Source: Carcharhinus longimanus
Lineage: Eukaryota
Assembly (NCBI GenBank): GCA_030264375.1
Contig: JASCQW010000043.1
Span: 83,800,036-83,864,035 of the forward strand
Reading direction: 5' to 3'
Length of the DNA stretch: 64,000 bases
Below are positions 15,801-30,800 of the stretch, one piece after another. The notes under the pieces are model-generated. The model ran no database searches. It saw only the letters and a program-made list of their open reading frames with translations, and was not told the DNA's origin. A program made the position numbers and the translations under genes. Positions within the stretch are counted from its first letter, which is position 1. Each line of letters opens with the position of its first letter.

Positions 15801-18800
15801 ATGAGCATGATTGTGGTAAGTAGATGCTGGATCATTAAGTTTTGAAAGCTCTTAATCTGTGCTATAGAATTGTTCACTATGCTGCTACCTTAATGCCAAC
15901 CTCACATTTTGGAACTTTAATTTTGCTGCTAACCTTCAGCTTGGACCCTCCTGAATTCACTAGTTAATCTGTGCCTTTTTATTAATGATTTTTAAATCTA
16001 TCCTTGTTCATCCTGTGAATAGCCCTGTCTTAGTCTCGCCCCTCAATATTCTGATGCCTCTGTCTATTTCTAGAATAGTGTCCAGAATGAATGCAATATT
16101 CTGGCTTAATTTTTACAATAAATTATCCTTCATTGAAATTCTCATCTTTTAAAATTGTCACCTGTTGTCTCTAGGTTTTACAAAATATTTACATTTTGTT
16201 TGCAATAAAACTGTTTTTCAGACGTTGTTTGCAGTGCAGAAGAGTTTACCTGTGCAAATGGCAGATGCATTTCCAAGGCATTTGTTTGCAATAGTGATGA
16301 TGATTGTGGTGACGGAAGTGATGAGAAAAACTGTGCACCAATTTCGTGTGGCCCACATGAGTTTCAGTGTAATAATTCTGAATGCATCCCTTTGGGCTGG
16401 GTCTGTGACACTAACACTGACTGTACTGACCAATCTGATGAATCTCCAGAACGTTGTGGGCATGTGCTTCCTTTTGTGACTTGTTTGCCTACTGAAAGGC
16501 AGTGTGATTCTGGTGAATGCATCCATGCTCGATGGTACTGTGATGGTGATACTGACTGTAAAGATGGAAGTGATGAAGCCAACTGCTGTAAGTGGTCTAA
16601 CTTTTTATTAGTGCCACATTGGGGTAGCAGATTTGAGTGCTGTGAAATAGGTAACTTTTAGCAAGCTGGCTCCAAGAATGCCACTGACATTTTCACTGAT
16701 TTGGAGTGATGAGCAGAAGACAATGCCAAAGGTCTGTGTAAAGAACTGACCTTGGATAACATTGGAAAACTAAGTGCCAAATTAGTTGTCTCTGTATACC
16801 TGGTAGTATGTGGATGACAAGTATCAATTTTTCCAGGATCTGTGAAAAATGCTATCAGCTTTCTCTCCATTAAAATATTTTAGTCATACTGTTGCAATCC
16901 ATCCGTTCAAGTTACTGTCTCTTCACCCAAAGTTCATCAATTGTAGAATAAAATTAAGTTGCATATTGGAGAATTTTTTACAGTTTGAACATCTTGAGGT
17001 AGTCAAATAGAAATACTTGACCTGAAAGCTTAGCTTAACTTTATCTAGCTGTGATTTTTTTTTTTAGATCTTCAGGTTCTGCTTTTTCCACTTGTGGAAC
17101 AAGTTCAGTCTTACTATGATTTGTACTATAGCATTGTAGGTCATGATCAGGTGTTGATGTCTGAAGCATGCAGTATAGCATTGATGCATGTTTGTGCAAG
17201 TGCCAATCCAGCTCCAGTAAGTTCAGTTAAGTAAAATGTCAATCCTTGCAGATGAGACCCCTCAGTGTACTTTGGGTTGTACCAGAAAATGTCTTTCTCT
17301 AAAATGCATTAGAGCTGTGTGGGCAGAAGTTTGTTTCTCTACACAGCTTTTTGAATAGTCAAATGTGTCCAGGTAATAGTTTCTCACATTCCAAATTCAT
17401 CAGCTACCTTGGACAGATGGTTCCAGGTTGTGAATGCTTGTATGACAATGTTAAATATTGATATTCTCCATATATGGAATCCCCTCCTAGAAGCTGTTAC
17501 TCTTTAACTCTCTTTTACAGTTTTTGCCTGAAGCAAAAGCTTCAGGGTATTCCAGTAATCATGAACTCCTCCATCTTGAGTCATACAGGTATACAGTGTA
17601 GAAACAGTCCTTTTTTATCCCAACGAGTCATGCTGACCAGGTCTCCTAAACTGAACTAGTCCCATTTGCCCCATATCCCTCCTAAACCTTCCTTATCCAT
17701 GTACCTGCCCAAATGTCTTGTGATTTGTAATTGTGCCTGCCTCTACCAGCTTATTCCATATATGCACCACCCTCAGGTCCCTCTTTTTTTAAATTCTTCC
17801 CCCCCCCCCCCGCCCCCTCTTCTTTTAAAACCTATGCCCTCTTGTTTTGGACCCTGGGGAAAAGAACATTTCAGGAAACATTTTGGCCCAGGAGAATTTG
17901 GATTCACCAAAACTAATTGACCTAGTGAACAACTATTTCCAATTGAATTTCCACATCAACACTATATATAAATATCTGACAGTGCATGCACACTGAAGCC
18001 CCTCCTTCACCAACTTACAAAGTTGTGGCTTCCACTTTGCAGAGATGGTTTTGTTAATGGAGTATAGTGTAAGAACAGGCCCTTTTTGGTCCTCCAACCC
18101 TGTGCCAATCATGATGCCTGTCTAACTAAAGTAGTATGCACTTATGGAGTCTGTATCCTTTCATTATCGTTTTGTTCACATATTCATCTAGTTTCCCTTT
18201 TTTAAATGCTGCTATTGTAGCTGCTGCAGACATTCACCTGTGTGCATATTTTTTAAAAAAAACTTGTCTCTCTCATTTCTGAACTTTCCCCATGTGCCTT
18301 TAAACATATGTCCCCAGTACTTGATTTTTCTACCCTAGGAAACCACATCTGACTATCCATTCAAACCTTGTTGACCTCCACCAGGTCACCTCTCATAGCT
18401 AATACCCTTCAGACCAGACAACATCCTGGTAAACCACCTCTATCCTCTCCAGCATCCACATCCTTTCAGTAGTGTGGTGACCAGAATTGTGTGCACATTC
18501 TAAATTGAGTTTAACTTGTTCTGTACAGCTGCAATATGACCTACCAGTTTTTATATTCAACGCCCTGACTGGTGAAGGCAAGCATGCCATGTTTCTTGAC
18601 TACCTTATCCACCTGCATTGCCACTTTGATCAGTGGACATTGTACACCCAGATCTGCCTGTCAATATTCCAAAGGATTCTATCATTACTGTATAATTCCT
18701 ACATGCATTGGACTTTCCAAAATGCATTATTCAGGTTAAGCTGTCATTTCTCCAACTGGTCCATATCTTGCTGAATCCTCTTCACTATTTGCAACGTCAC

Positions 18801-21800
18801 CAATTTTTGTGTTGTCTGCAAACTTGCTAATCAAATCAGCTTCTGTATCCATATTGCCAGCTCTCTGATCCTGTGACTTCACCTTTTTTGTACCTTGTCA
18901 AAGGCTTTACTGAAGTCAATGTTTACTACATCCACTGCCTTTGTCATCTCATTTATCATCTTTGTTACTTTTCTCAAAACTCAATCAGGTTAGTGAGGCA
19001 CAACCTCCCCTTCACACAAACATGTTGTCTATCACCCAGAGTCCATTGTTTCCAAATGTGAGTAAATCCTGTCCTTGAGAATTTTTTCCAATTTCCCTAC
19101 CACTGACCTTGAGGCTTACTGACCTAAACTTCCCAGATTATCCTGCTGCCCTTAAACAATGGAACAACATTGGCTACAGGTGACATCCTAGAGAGCCAGT
19201 GAGGAAACAAAGATTTCTGTCAAGGGTCCAGCAATTTCTGCCCTTGCCTCCCTCAGTATTCTGGGGTAGATCCTGTTGGGCCCTGGGGACTTATCTACTT
19301 TAAGACAACCAAAATATTTTTTGATATTGACATGACCTGGAATATCGACACACCCTACCTGAGGCTCCTCATCCATCAAATCCCTCTCTTTGGTGAATAC
19401 CGAGGCAAAGTGTTCATTTTAAAACCTTGCCCATTTCCTTGTTCCATGTATAGTTTCCCTCTGCTATCCTTGAGTGGACCAATCCTTCCTCTGACTACCC
19501 TCTGTCCAAAGGACCACTCTTGTCCTTATCCACAAGCACCTTTTTTAACTTGTGGAATTATGATCACTATTCCCAAAAAGCACTCCTAATAAATCTTCAA
19601 TCACCTGGCTGATTTGGTTTCTGCAAAACCAAATGGCTGGAATAATTGAATTGACTAGCAAATGTGTAAATAAACTGAATATAGCTGGTTAGGTAGGGGG
19701 AGAAATTCCTCTTTTTTTTTCCATCTCTAAGCCTCTTTATAACACAATGGCAGCACGCCTGGTAGAATGTAGAGCACTTGAGGACATGACATGACATACC
19801 ATACCAATTGGATTGGATCTAATCTACAATTACCCATTAGTAATGGCTGCTCTGGAACTTGCTGTTGTCTATGCTGTAGATGATGTAACCAGTTTTCTTA
19901 AAAAAAAAAATAAAGAACGCTGTTCCTACCAAGTATTATAGATGAGCAAATATCAGGGGTTGGTCAATGATCCTGAACTGCCATTGCTGCTTTTCTGACA
20001 AACAGAACCCATCTCTATATTGGATGATGCCCTGACACTTGTGGTGGAAATTTGGTGTTTACAAATCCTGTTTTTTAAATGTGCTTGCATTGCTGATTAC
20101 TTTGCATGTGCAAGTGTATGCAGTTTCAGTTGTTTAGTATTTGGTCTTGATGCGAAGTAGATGGTGTACAATGAGCAAAACTTACTAACCAATCGTTTGT
20201 TAGCTATGTTCTAATTTGTGCTTAACTTTAATAGCAGTATTTTCTAATAGTTATGTGCATTCCTTTAAAAGTTCAGTTCCACCTTCTATTTTAATTTTTC
20301 TCATGCAACAAATCCAATGGTATTAATGGTGAGGTGTTGGTAAGCTATTTCAAGAGGATAGCTCAACTTGCTCATTAAGTCAATGTATTGGGGAGAAGGA
20401 GCTGTGACTTTTCACTCAGCCTATCCTGAGATTTCCAAGGTGATTTTTCTAGAGGACTATAACATGCAGGGCATAAGTAGATAGTCAACATCTTTTCCTA
20501 AAGGTAGGAGAGCCTAAAACTATGGACATAGGTTTAAGGATCCAGAGGAGCAATTTTCATTGGGTGGTGAGTGTCTGAAATGAGCTGCCAGAGGCAGGTA
20601 TAATTGTCTTTTTAAAGCATTTGGATAGTTACATGGGTAAGAGGGATGTGGGTAATTAGCTTGGTGGTTTTAACAACTGGGTGGCATGGACAAGTTGGGC
20701 CAGTGTGTGTATGTCAAGCTCTTCAGTAAATCAAATGTCATCTGATTTTTCAGCTCCTCATCCAACATGTCCACCACATTACTTTCCATGTGGCAATGGT
20801 AGTTGCATTCCTTCAGACAAGCAATGCAATGGGTTTAAAGACTGCATTGATGGCAGTGATGAGTTGAACTGTAAGAATGGTAAGTGTCTGTCCACTGGAT
20901 AAGAATTAAGTTGCCATTTCCAAGTCACTAACCTGACTTTCTCTGTCCCTAGAATGTACAGGGCCAAATAACTTCAAATGTCAAAGTGGAGAATGCATAG
21001 CTAAAGACCAAGTATGTGATCGGCATCAGGATTGCAAGGACTGGAGTGATGAGCCCCTCAAATATTGTCGTAAGTGGTTTTTATAGCTTTTTTTAATTTA
21101 AACTAAATTTAATTTACTCCTATATTCATCTCAACCATGGTGCTTAAATCTTCCTCTTTCTTCCCCCACCCCCCCAATCCTTTGCACTGATGAAACTGCT
21201 CCTCTTGCCCAAATCAAGTTTATTCTGCACTTGGCTATACCATTCATCAGAGCATCACTGGCAATGTATTTCCTTCACTGTGTCATTATCACTTTTTTAT
21301 CCTTTGGCAATATCTAAAAATATGAAGAATTCACATTACTGTCTTCCACTCTATCAAGCCCCTACCCTCCTCTTGACCTTGTAATACTCCATCTTGGCAG
21401 CTTCGACCACAACCTGTGCTGGTCTAACTACTGTCCTGATATATTATTGCCTCAGGTTCACAACCTTTGCATTCTGTTCAGCCATAAGCAGAATTTCTGA
21501 CTTTTGACATTCTTTCCACTGCCTGAGCACTTGCTTGCCTTCAGCATTTAATCCTGTACGTCCCTAGTACAATCTGTCAGCAGAGTCTTCTCTTGCCTCG
21601 TGGCATTACAATGCTTGTCCCTCACTCTTGGCACATTCAAAACTCTGCAGCACCATCTTTTGTTCCTGTTCTCACTTTTTTTTTGCATTTTGGCTTTCTG
21701 CTCCCAACACAATTTTTGCCTTTTATAGACTTTGACCCTCCATCCTTCCCTTTCTCTAATCTAATCCAGCTCTTAAAAACAGAATTTTAACATTCCTGAT

Positions 21801-24800
21801 TTGGTGCAAGCCATCATTTTGGCAGTGGGGTTACAGCTATGTTAACTGATTTCCTTCCCTGACCCCCTCTGCATCATACCCTTTTTTTGCCTTTATACTA
21901 TAGTTTAAACCAACTTTTGTCGCTTGTCTTATTTTGTCTTATTCTTGCACCACTCCAAGACATGATCTTGGGCCTCCATTGTTCAATGTATGAAATGAAT
22001 TTTAACATTGGCAAACTGGAGATTGTGAACCTCATTATACTGGAGAGTACATTTGAGTTTCCACACAACCTAGATTATGGTAATTGTTTGGAATGTCAGG
22101 ACTTGACAGGTGCCTTGAACTAAATTAGATGCACATTTCACAATCCAGGCCATTTTAGACCCCACATTGTGTGTGGGGAGTTCCACAATTGGTATAACTT
22201 TAATGTTGAAATGGAGAGTAATTTAACTAAGTTGGCCTGCTTATTACACTCCTTCCCATGCTGTGAAGTCAAGTGCCTTGATTAGAACTAAGCTTCACTT
22301 CATGTACTATCTGTTGGACTTGAAACCTAAAGTAATGCAGTCATAACATACTCATTCTCAATTAAATTTTCAAACTCTTTGGAACCCAGAATTAGTTGCT
22401 ATTGAGCGGTTTAAATATAGCTGGTCATATACTTAATTATCATTGTTACAAAAATCTTAATGTTCTGCTTGGATAACTTTGTTTTGCAACACTCCATTAC
22501 TCCATTTTATATGAAACATGTAGGTTTACATAAAATTTCCTTTGCTAATTTTTTTTGGCAGACTGCTTAAATATAGTGCTACAATGAATTCTGGACTAAA
22601 GATGTCCCCCTCACTATGCAGAATCAATAAATCAAACTGCAAGTATTCTAGTTCCATATTTATAAAGCATTTTTTTCTTTCTCTGTACAGACCTAAATGA
22701 ATGCTTAGTGAACAATGGAGGTTGCCCTCACATCTGTAGAGATCTTGTGATTGGTTATGAATGTGACTGTCCTGCTGGCTTTGAGTTGATTAATGGAACA
22801 GCCTGTGAAGGTAAGTGACTTGCTGACATATAATCCTGAGCAAAATCACTTTTCGTGGAGAGAGAATGAAGATGCTCTAACTATCCAAATGCCAGGCAAA
22901 GGATTTACAACCATCTACATATTTAGTGGTATTGCCATTGATCTTCCATCTTTAACGCCCAGGAAGTCAACTGACCACAAATGGTGTAGCTACCCAAGCA
23001 AGTTGAATGTAGGGACTCCATGGTCATTAATTTTAAGGCCTCCACTACACCTTATTTGTCTTATAGTACACATGGTCTACTCGCCAAGACCTCTTGGGCA
23101 AGTTTGGTTTTTTTTTTTGGCTCCACTTGCTGGCATAGTACCTAGGTAATGTGCAAGTCAGAATTACACGTATCTTCACTAGGTTAAAACTGGCACTCCC
23201 TACCTAAAACACTTTTTTGGGAGTACCATCTCTTATGGGTTGCAGTATTTCAAGAAGGCTGTGCACCAATATTTTTGTCAAAGGTGTCCAGATTTAGGGA
23301 TGTCCTGACAAGGTAGATTACAATTGCACTGATCTCTGGGTAAGCCTCCTGAAGATTGAGGTAGGGACAGTTGCTTTCTGGAACCATGTATGTATTGATT
23401 AGACTCTGATTTTGAAATCAGCTCAGATTAACTAGTTGGAAGTCTGAGCAAAGTTTCTGCCTCATTTGCCTAAAACCTTGAGTATTTGAATTTTTTATAG
23501 ATATTGATGAATGTCAGGATCCTGGTGCCTGCAGTCAAATTTGCATTAATATAAACGGAAGCTTTGAATGTGCATGCTTTGCAGGATATCGCATGGATGT
23601 AACGAATCACATTTGCAAGGCAGTTGGAGGTAAATGGAACAAAAATGACTTCCCAGCTTGATGTTTAGTTTGTTGAAATGTGGTGCTGCTTTCTTGTACT
23701 TGAGTAATTTGTGATATCCCAAGTGGAAAATTGAAGATGTTTGGAAGACTAGGGTAAAGAAATTATCAGAAGCAGCAAGCACGTTCTTTTTGAGTCATGT
23801 TGATGCAAAGTTTTTGTTGCTTCTAATTTTGTTGCTGCACCTTGGATACATTGCCAAAAATGGATGGTGAATCTTACCTCCCTGATTGTGTATTTTGGAA
23901 AAATTTGTTATTTCCACTCCTAGCTTGAACACAAAGCAACACCTCACTACTACTCATTTTCAGTTAATATTGAAATTAACAAATCTGAGTTTAATACCAG
24001 ACCAAGAAGCTGAGTATTTGGATCCAAGCCTGTTATTGACATGTGAAGGGTTTTGATAGTGTCATCTCTAATGTGCTTTATCAACACTGACTTGCCCAGT
24101 GTTGCTATTTGGGACATGCAGCCTTGGTAAAGCTAGATGGCACTGCATGGAATTTAATCTGAAATTCTGGTTGCCATGAATTTGGGGGCCTCAAGCTGTT
24201 TGAGTTAACTTCAGGCCATAGATGTAACCATGTCCTTAATACAGTCTATTGGGCTGTTTGAGCAAGGAAATTTAGTGTACACTACTAAACTGTGTAAATA
24301 CTATCTTTTTCCTAGGCAAAGAGCCTTATTTAATCTTTACTAATCGTCATGACATCCGAAAGCTAGGACTGCATCACCACGAGTACACCCAGATAGCTGC
24401 ACAGCTGAGAAATGCTGTTGCATTGGGTGCTGACATTGCTGAACAGAGAATCTTCTGGGCTGACTTGGGGCAGCAAGCAATTTTCAGGTAATGAATCAAG
24501 AAGCAATACTGGTGGTTACAGTACTGAAACTGAATTTTTTGCTAGATGGTACTGTTTTGGGTAAAATATTCTGAACAAAGCTGATTTTGTTTAACTGCAT
24601 GAAGGTTTGTCTTAATCCCATAACTTCAGTTAGAACTAGTCACTGTTAATCTGACTGTCAGTCTATATCTGAACTTCAGCTACCCTTATTATAGTATGTA
24701 CATTGAAGAGGATTGATACATTTCAACTTCATGGCTTTGGTAGTAAGCATTTCCAGCTTCTAAAGCTCACATTTGGGTTAGTTGATGTAACAATGGTATT

Positions 24801-27800
24801 CTTTTCTTTCCTTAGTATGTTCATGTATGAAAAGAAAAGTAAAACCAGTATTTCTCAAGTTATCAAAGATGTTGCAATTCCTATGGGGATTGCAGTGGAT
24901 TGGATCTACAAGCATATTTATTGGACAGATCGTGGTGCTAAAACTATCTCTGTGGCTACATTTAATGGAACTGAAAGAAAGATCCTCTTTGACACAGACT
25001 TGAGGGAACCAGCTTCTGTGGCAGTCAATCCACTAACTGGGTACTGAACTTTTTTACCTGTCACTGAAGCCACTTGGCACTTGTAAAATACTTCTATAAT
25101 GTTCAAATCTCTGGGTTTGTCTTGGGATGGTGAGTGAATTGGATGTGAAATTGAGATAGGCTAATCTCTTGTGGAAAAACTAGGGGTGTGAGTGCTTTAT
25201 ATGCAAAAAAAACAATAGTGCTTGGATCAGCTGGATAATTCTCTCCAGTTTTGAAGTGGAAATTGTTATTGTTTCTTTTAGTAACCTCCCACTGATCAAA
25301 ACTTGGCAATACAGGAGGGAACAATAACCTTGTTCCTTCAATGAAGGGGGAAAAGTGTAGCAGTCATCAGTGAAGTTTTGAGCTGTCTTTTTTTTGGGGG
25401 AGGGGGAAACAATTTTTGGATGACCATTCACTGGTGGGGGTGCTTTTTTCCCCAAAACCCAGACCAGCTGAAGCAGGAGTTGCAAAATGTGCCTCAAGTA
25501 AAAGTGTGTTTTTCTGTTATGCTTTGGAAGTTATTGAAACAAACCAAACTAGCCTTGGTACTAGCATTGGATGCCTGAGTGTTCAATTCTCTAATAATCT
25601 AATTTTCTGGAGTTTGAGTGATGCAGTGAGCCCTAGTGACCAGGGTGGGTGGTGACTTTGAAGGAGGAGAATAAATACCATGGCTCGGTCTAGGAGTAGC
25701 CCCTAAGCAAATACAAAGTTGCTGCCACTGTTTGAGCTAACTTTTTAAAATTTGAGTGACCAGAATTGACCATACAGGGTGCTAGGCAATTATTAAATAT
25801 TCAGATACAGGGGATTCTAGTGGATCCATGCAGCAAAATCCAATAGTAAGCCTGAGAAGGTTCTAGATGAATACATGTGGTTTGAGTAGGAGCTACTATT
25901 GGGTGAGAATGATTCATTGATTAAATGGAGCTGGAATTCTCCTGGGGGGAATTGTCTTAGATTTTTTTTATGGCTGAAATTGCTGCCACTTTGCCTGACA
26001 AGATCCTTGTATCTACTAATTGAGATTTCTAATGATGGAATTGTCTGTCTGTTCTAGTTTAAAACCCTATCTGGGTTAGGTTGGCAAATTCACTTGATTT
26101 GATCTCTAGGGGGGTTCATAACACCTTCAGTTTATACTTCTATGCTAGAGTATTTAAAATCCATTTGTGTTGAGATTCCTCTTGATGGCCTTTTGACTAA
26201 TCCAGTCTCCATTGCTTTTCAAAGATTTATTTACTGGTCTGATCTGGGTGAACCAGCTGTGATAGAAAAAGCAGGAATGAATGGTGTCCATAGGCAACTT
26301 CTGGTTACCAGAGAGATTCAGTCACCAAATGGTATTGCACTTGGTAAGTGGGCAAGTAAATTTTCCCTTTTTTTTTCTTTTTATTGAGCTTGGTTAATAA
26401 TTCCAATTTTCTTCACAGATCTTGTGAAGAACCAACTCTATTGGGTTGACTCAAAACTGCACATGTTGTCCAGTGTAGACTTAAATGGACAAGGCAGAAG
26501 AACAGTCCTTTATTCACATGAATTCCTTGCTCATCCTTGTGCTGTTTCAGTATTCGAGGTAATGTCATTTAACAATAGCTATATTTTGCTTTGAGTGCAC
26601 AGTTGGGTTTTGAGGATATCTACAATTCAGCGATTTATTTTGAATCATTACTTCTTGAGAGCACGTTTGTCTGAATCTCATGTGGTTATCACAACCCAGT
26701 CATATTTGGAAAATTTTATCCTGGGCTAAAGTAATTAGCAAGCTGTTCAATATGTACCCAGGCAAGAGTAATTCCTTGCCATGCTGCCTTAAACCAAAAG
26801 ACAATGCCCCAGTGGTATTCTGCATGCTCTATATTTTTGGTCCATTCCCAAGAGCCCCTAATTTTTGTGGCCTGGTTAAGGGTGCCAGTAGGAGCCTGTA
26901 CCCTGACTGCTGGCTGAGAACCCAGACTGTTGCAAAATGTGGGAGGAGAAGACTGTCTAACTGACAGCTTTATGATGTAATCTAATTGTGTAATGTTGTC
27001 AATGGCTTAATTTTTTTGTTAATTTGCCAAGTGCTTGGAGCGTCTGTTTTCAGTACTTTTAAAAAAGAAAAAATTTGATAGTCCTAGGGTTGTAGCACCT
27101 ACAATTGAAAAGAAAATTATGAATTGAGGCTGGAGCCAAAATTGAGTTTGCCTTTCACCTTTGTACTGAGACTGATCTATTCTTGATTGCAAGCTGAGTG
27201 GCACACGCTTTGCTTTATTATCTAAAGCCATGCTCCAATTGGGCACAATTCAATTAAGGTGTACTTTTTACTATGGCTGACCAGTGGTTTAGTCGCAGTG
27301 TTTCTGATTATCCAAAATATGGGTGGTGAAATGTTGACAATAGGAGAATTTTCCTAAAGGACTGAACAGTGGATCAGAATAAATATGATTTAGTATCTGT
27401 AGCTTTTGAAGTATAAGTTTCAGTACATTGAACCATCTCAGGTAGAGATGGACAGGGTTGAAAGATTGGTAGCACTCTGCTAGCCAGGCTCCTCCTGGGG
27501 AGAGGAGAGATGGGATTTATGGCCTACATATAAGCAAGAGATATGAGAGAATACCAGAGATGTGTAACTCAAATTTGTTTTTGTTATCTCAACTAATGAG
27601 CCACTTTGTCTTCAGGACTTTTTATTGTAGTAGACACAAGACATCTTGCAAAGAATGCCAAGTTATTTCCTGATTGTTCCCATTGTTTCAGGATCATGTA
27701 TTCTGGTCTGATGAAGTAAGCAAAACCATTTATGCAGCCAACAAGTATACAGGAGCAGATGTGACGGCCTTGGTTTCCAATCTTCATCAACCTCAAGATA

Positions 27801-30800
27801 TCATTATTTACCACACTTTAATGCAGCCATCAGGTAGGAAATCAAACATCTACTTTTAATGTTATTGGCTTTGCATTTACTCTGTAGGGTAGATGTGCCT
27901 AACTGCTAGCATGTGGATTTCCAATAGTTGGAGGTCAGCAAATTCCATTTTGTTATAGAACAGTAATAGTTCTAACTATAGATATAGTATGAATATCTTT
28001 GCCTTCCACAGCAATCATTTTGTCCACATTTGGATTAGTCGCTGTGGATATTTTGTTTGTGCTCAAGTCCATGATTTCAATGCACAATGACTACTGTGAA
28101 ATTTTGAATGTTTCAAATAGCAAATTTGGGTTTTCATTTGATCTTGGGCCACTGGCCTTGATTTGTTTCCAGTACTGACAAATTTATTTGGTCTCAACAG
28201 GCATAAACTGGTGCAATGAGAAGTTGAAAAACGGAGGCTGTAAATACCTGTGTCTCCCTGGCCCACAGATTAATCAGCTGCCAAAATATACTTGCGTGTG
28301 TCCATCTGGAATCAAGATGAAGAATGAACACTGTGAATTTGGTAAATATTGGTTTTGAGGTTTGTTCAGGGGTTGGGGGGGAGGGGAGGTGAGACTTTGC
28401 TTTAAGTGAGAATGTAACATGTTTAGCGTGTGATTGAAGATTTTGATCTATTTTGTAAAATCATAGACTAGGCAATCACCTTTTGCATGAAGGATAGAAA
28501 AATTACCCAAGGCCTTGAGATTGCATGCAGCAATCTGACTACACACTATCAATCACTAATCTGCATAAAGCCATAGTTGGAATGTCATTATACTTGTGTT
28601 GTGCCTCCTTTGTGCATTAGTTCCAGTAGTGTTTTTTGTGGTATTTGCTTTTGGATGCTGCTGGTAGTTGATCCAATAGCTAAGTTCAAGTGGGGTGATG
28701 AAGTCTGTCTATCTGAATAGTTGGACATATGGGAGGCCTCAAATAGATCTGATATGCAAGTCATATTTAGAGTAAAAATGCATATTAAGCAAATAATAAA
28801 TGCTCTTTTGTGTACTGCTTCCCCTTGTCTACAAGTTTTCCCCAAAGGGATTAACTTTTTTTTGAGGGGATAGTATAAAGAGGAAATGTGAAAAAGGATG
28901 CCCAATAAAGTATTCTGGGAGCACTGTTAAGAAAGGTGAAAATAGATGGACCTGGAATCCCTCAGTTACAGAATTGGAGTGAGTTGTACATTGTGCCAAC
29001 CTGGAAGTGGGTAGAATGCTTTGTATTGGTCAAAGCCAGTATAAGTCAACAAGAGCTCTTTAGACAATAAGATCATGTGACAAATCATTTTGAAGTTCAG
29101 GCTTTATGTAATCCAGCCCAAATTGCTGCAATCTTAACAGCTAACCCACTGGGAGCAATTGTTTAGTTCATCAGTATTTACCCATCCTTGTCATCACAAT
29201 CTGTAGCAGTTTCACCAATTTGCCTGGTACTTAAAGACATCATGACTGGACATGTTCATGACCCTTTTTTTTTGAATGAATTTTTCCAGGGCACACTAAG
29301 GAAATGACTGACTCTTCACTTTAGACTCCGCTGGCTGCCATTCAGCATAATAGCTAAATGGAGGGGTGAGGGTTCTTGCATACTAAATGTTCAACTTGGC
29401 CGTATGTCTTGAATTAGCAGTAGTCAAAGACTGTAGTCGTATTTTCCCTGACAATTAATGCTCTATGTCAAGAATCTGACTTGTCATGATGGACAATGCC
29501 TAGTAAGTGGCAGTGTGATGGAGATGCTGACTGCAAAGATGGATCTGATGAAGCCCCAGATGCCTGTTCTAAATATCTTATGTTGGCAGTTCAACTGCAA
29601 CAGTCAATCACTTTCTTGAGCAAAAAATACTAGTACAGCTTCCGCAACTAGTTTCCTTTCTATACATTGCATTTGACTGGGACTTTCATAAGAGATTAGC
29701 AGATCAAGTTATTAAAGTGCCATCTGCAGTACAATGAAAAATCTGTTGGCTGCACTGAATTTTACCTATTAGACTCCTAACTCTTGGTCAAACAGTTGAA
29801 TTGTTCGCACATTGTAATTTAATGGGTAGAAAGATGGATGCAAACATTAAAATTTATTTTGTTTGTAAGTTACCTCACCTAGATCAGGTGAAAAAAGGTG
29901 GTAATGGGGAATCGATGGGAGCTGAAACTGGACAGCATATAAAATGCTCACTGATTCACTGCCTATTTTTAACTAGTAGCAAATCAACAGCCATGGTGCT
30001 GGCCTAAAGTTTTAATGTTGCATGACCAAAGTTAGTTGTGGTATAAATGGATGGATATGTTGCACTCTAGCACAAGTCTGGGTCTATACATGCTTCTGCA
30101 TACTCAAATGTGATGTCTTTGACTACCTTGGAGCAAATCCTTTTTACTGTAGTTCTTAATCTGTTTGAGAAATGAGATTCTGGAATAGCTGTTTATTTTA
30201 AAACCTTCTATTTCAGACACCAGAACCTGTCATATGAATGAAATCAGCTGTGGCCCTGGATCTCTTCAGTGTATTCCTGCAAATTGGAAATGTGATGGAG
30301 AAAAGGACTGTGCAAGTGGCAGTGATGAAGAGAACTGTGGTAGGTTAATAATGGCAAGATTTAAACATGGTTTGCAAACAGTCAAATAGTCCAGGGAAGG
30401 TGGGAAAGAGAATGCAATGAAGTTGCTGTGAAAATTGCCTAGCCACTACACTCTCTATCTGAACAGGCACCACTGAAGGAGAATTTAGCATGGCCAATGT
30501 CAGTTGATATGGTTTGAATTTTAATTGAAGGTAGGCTTGAAGAACTCAGTTTAATTGTAGCCCAGGCTATTGCTCGGTACCGGCAATGAAAATGCTAATC
30601 TTAGAAGTTACAGTTGGTAAATTTTGATGCTAGTCACTTTTGTCAAATGCTCAAGACCTTTTGCAGGTAAACACGTCAAACTAATCTAATATCTACTGCT
30701 GTCAGATCCTCCTGGAAAAGCAGCACCTGTTGGTTGAAATAATTCATTATCTGAAATAGGAGCAATTTTTTTTACTCGGGCTAAATCCATTTTTGGTTGA

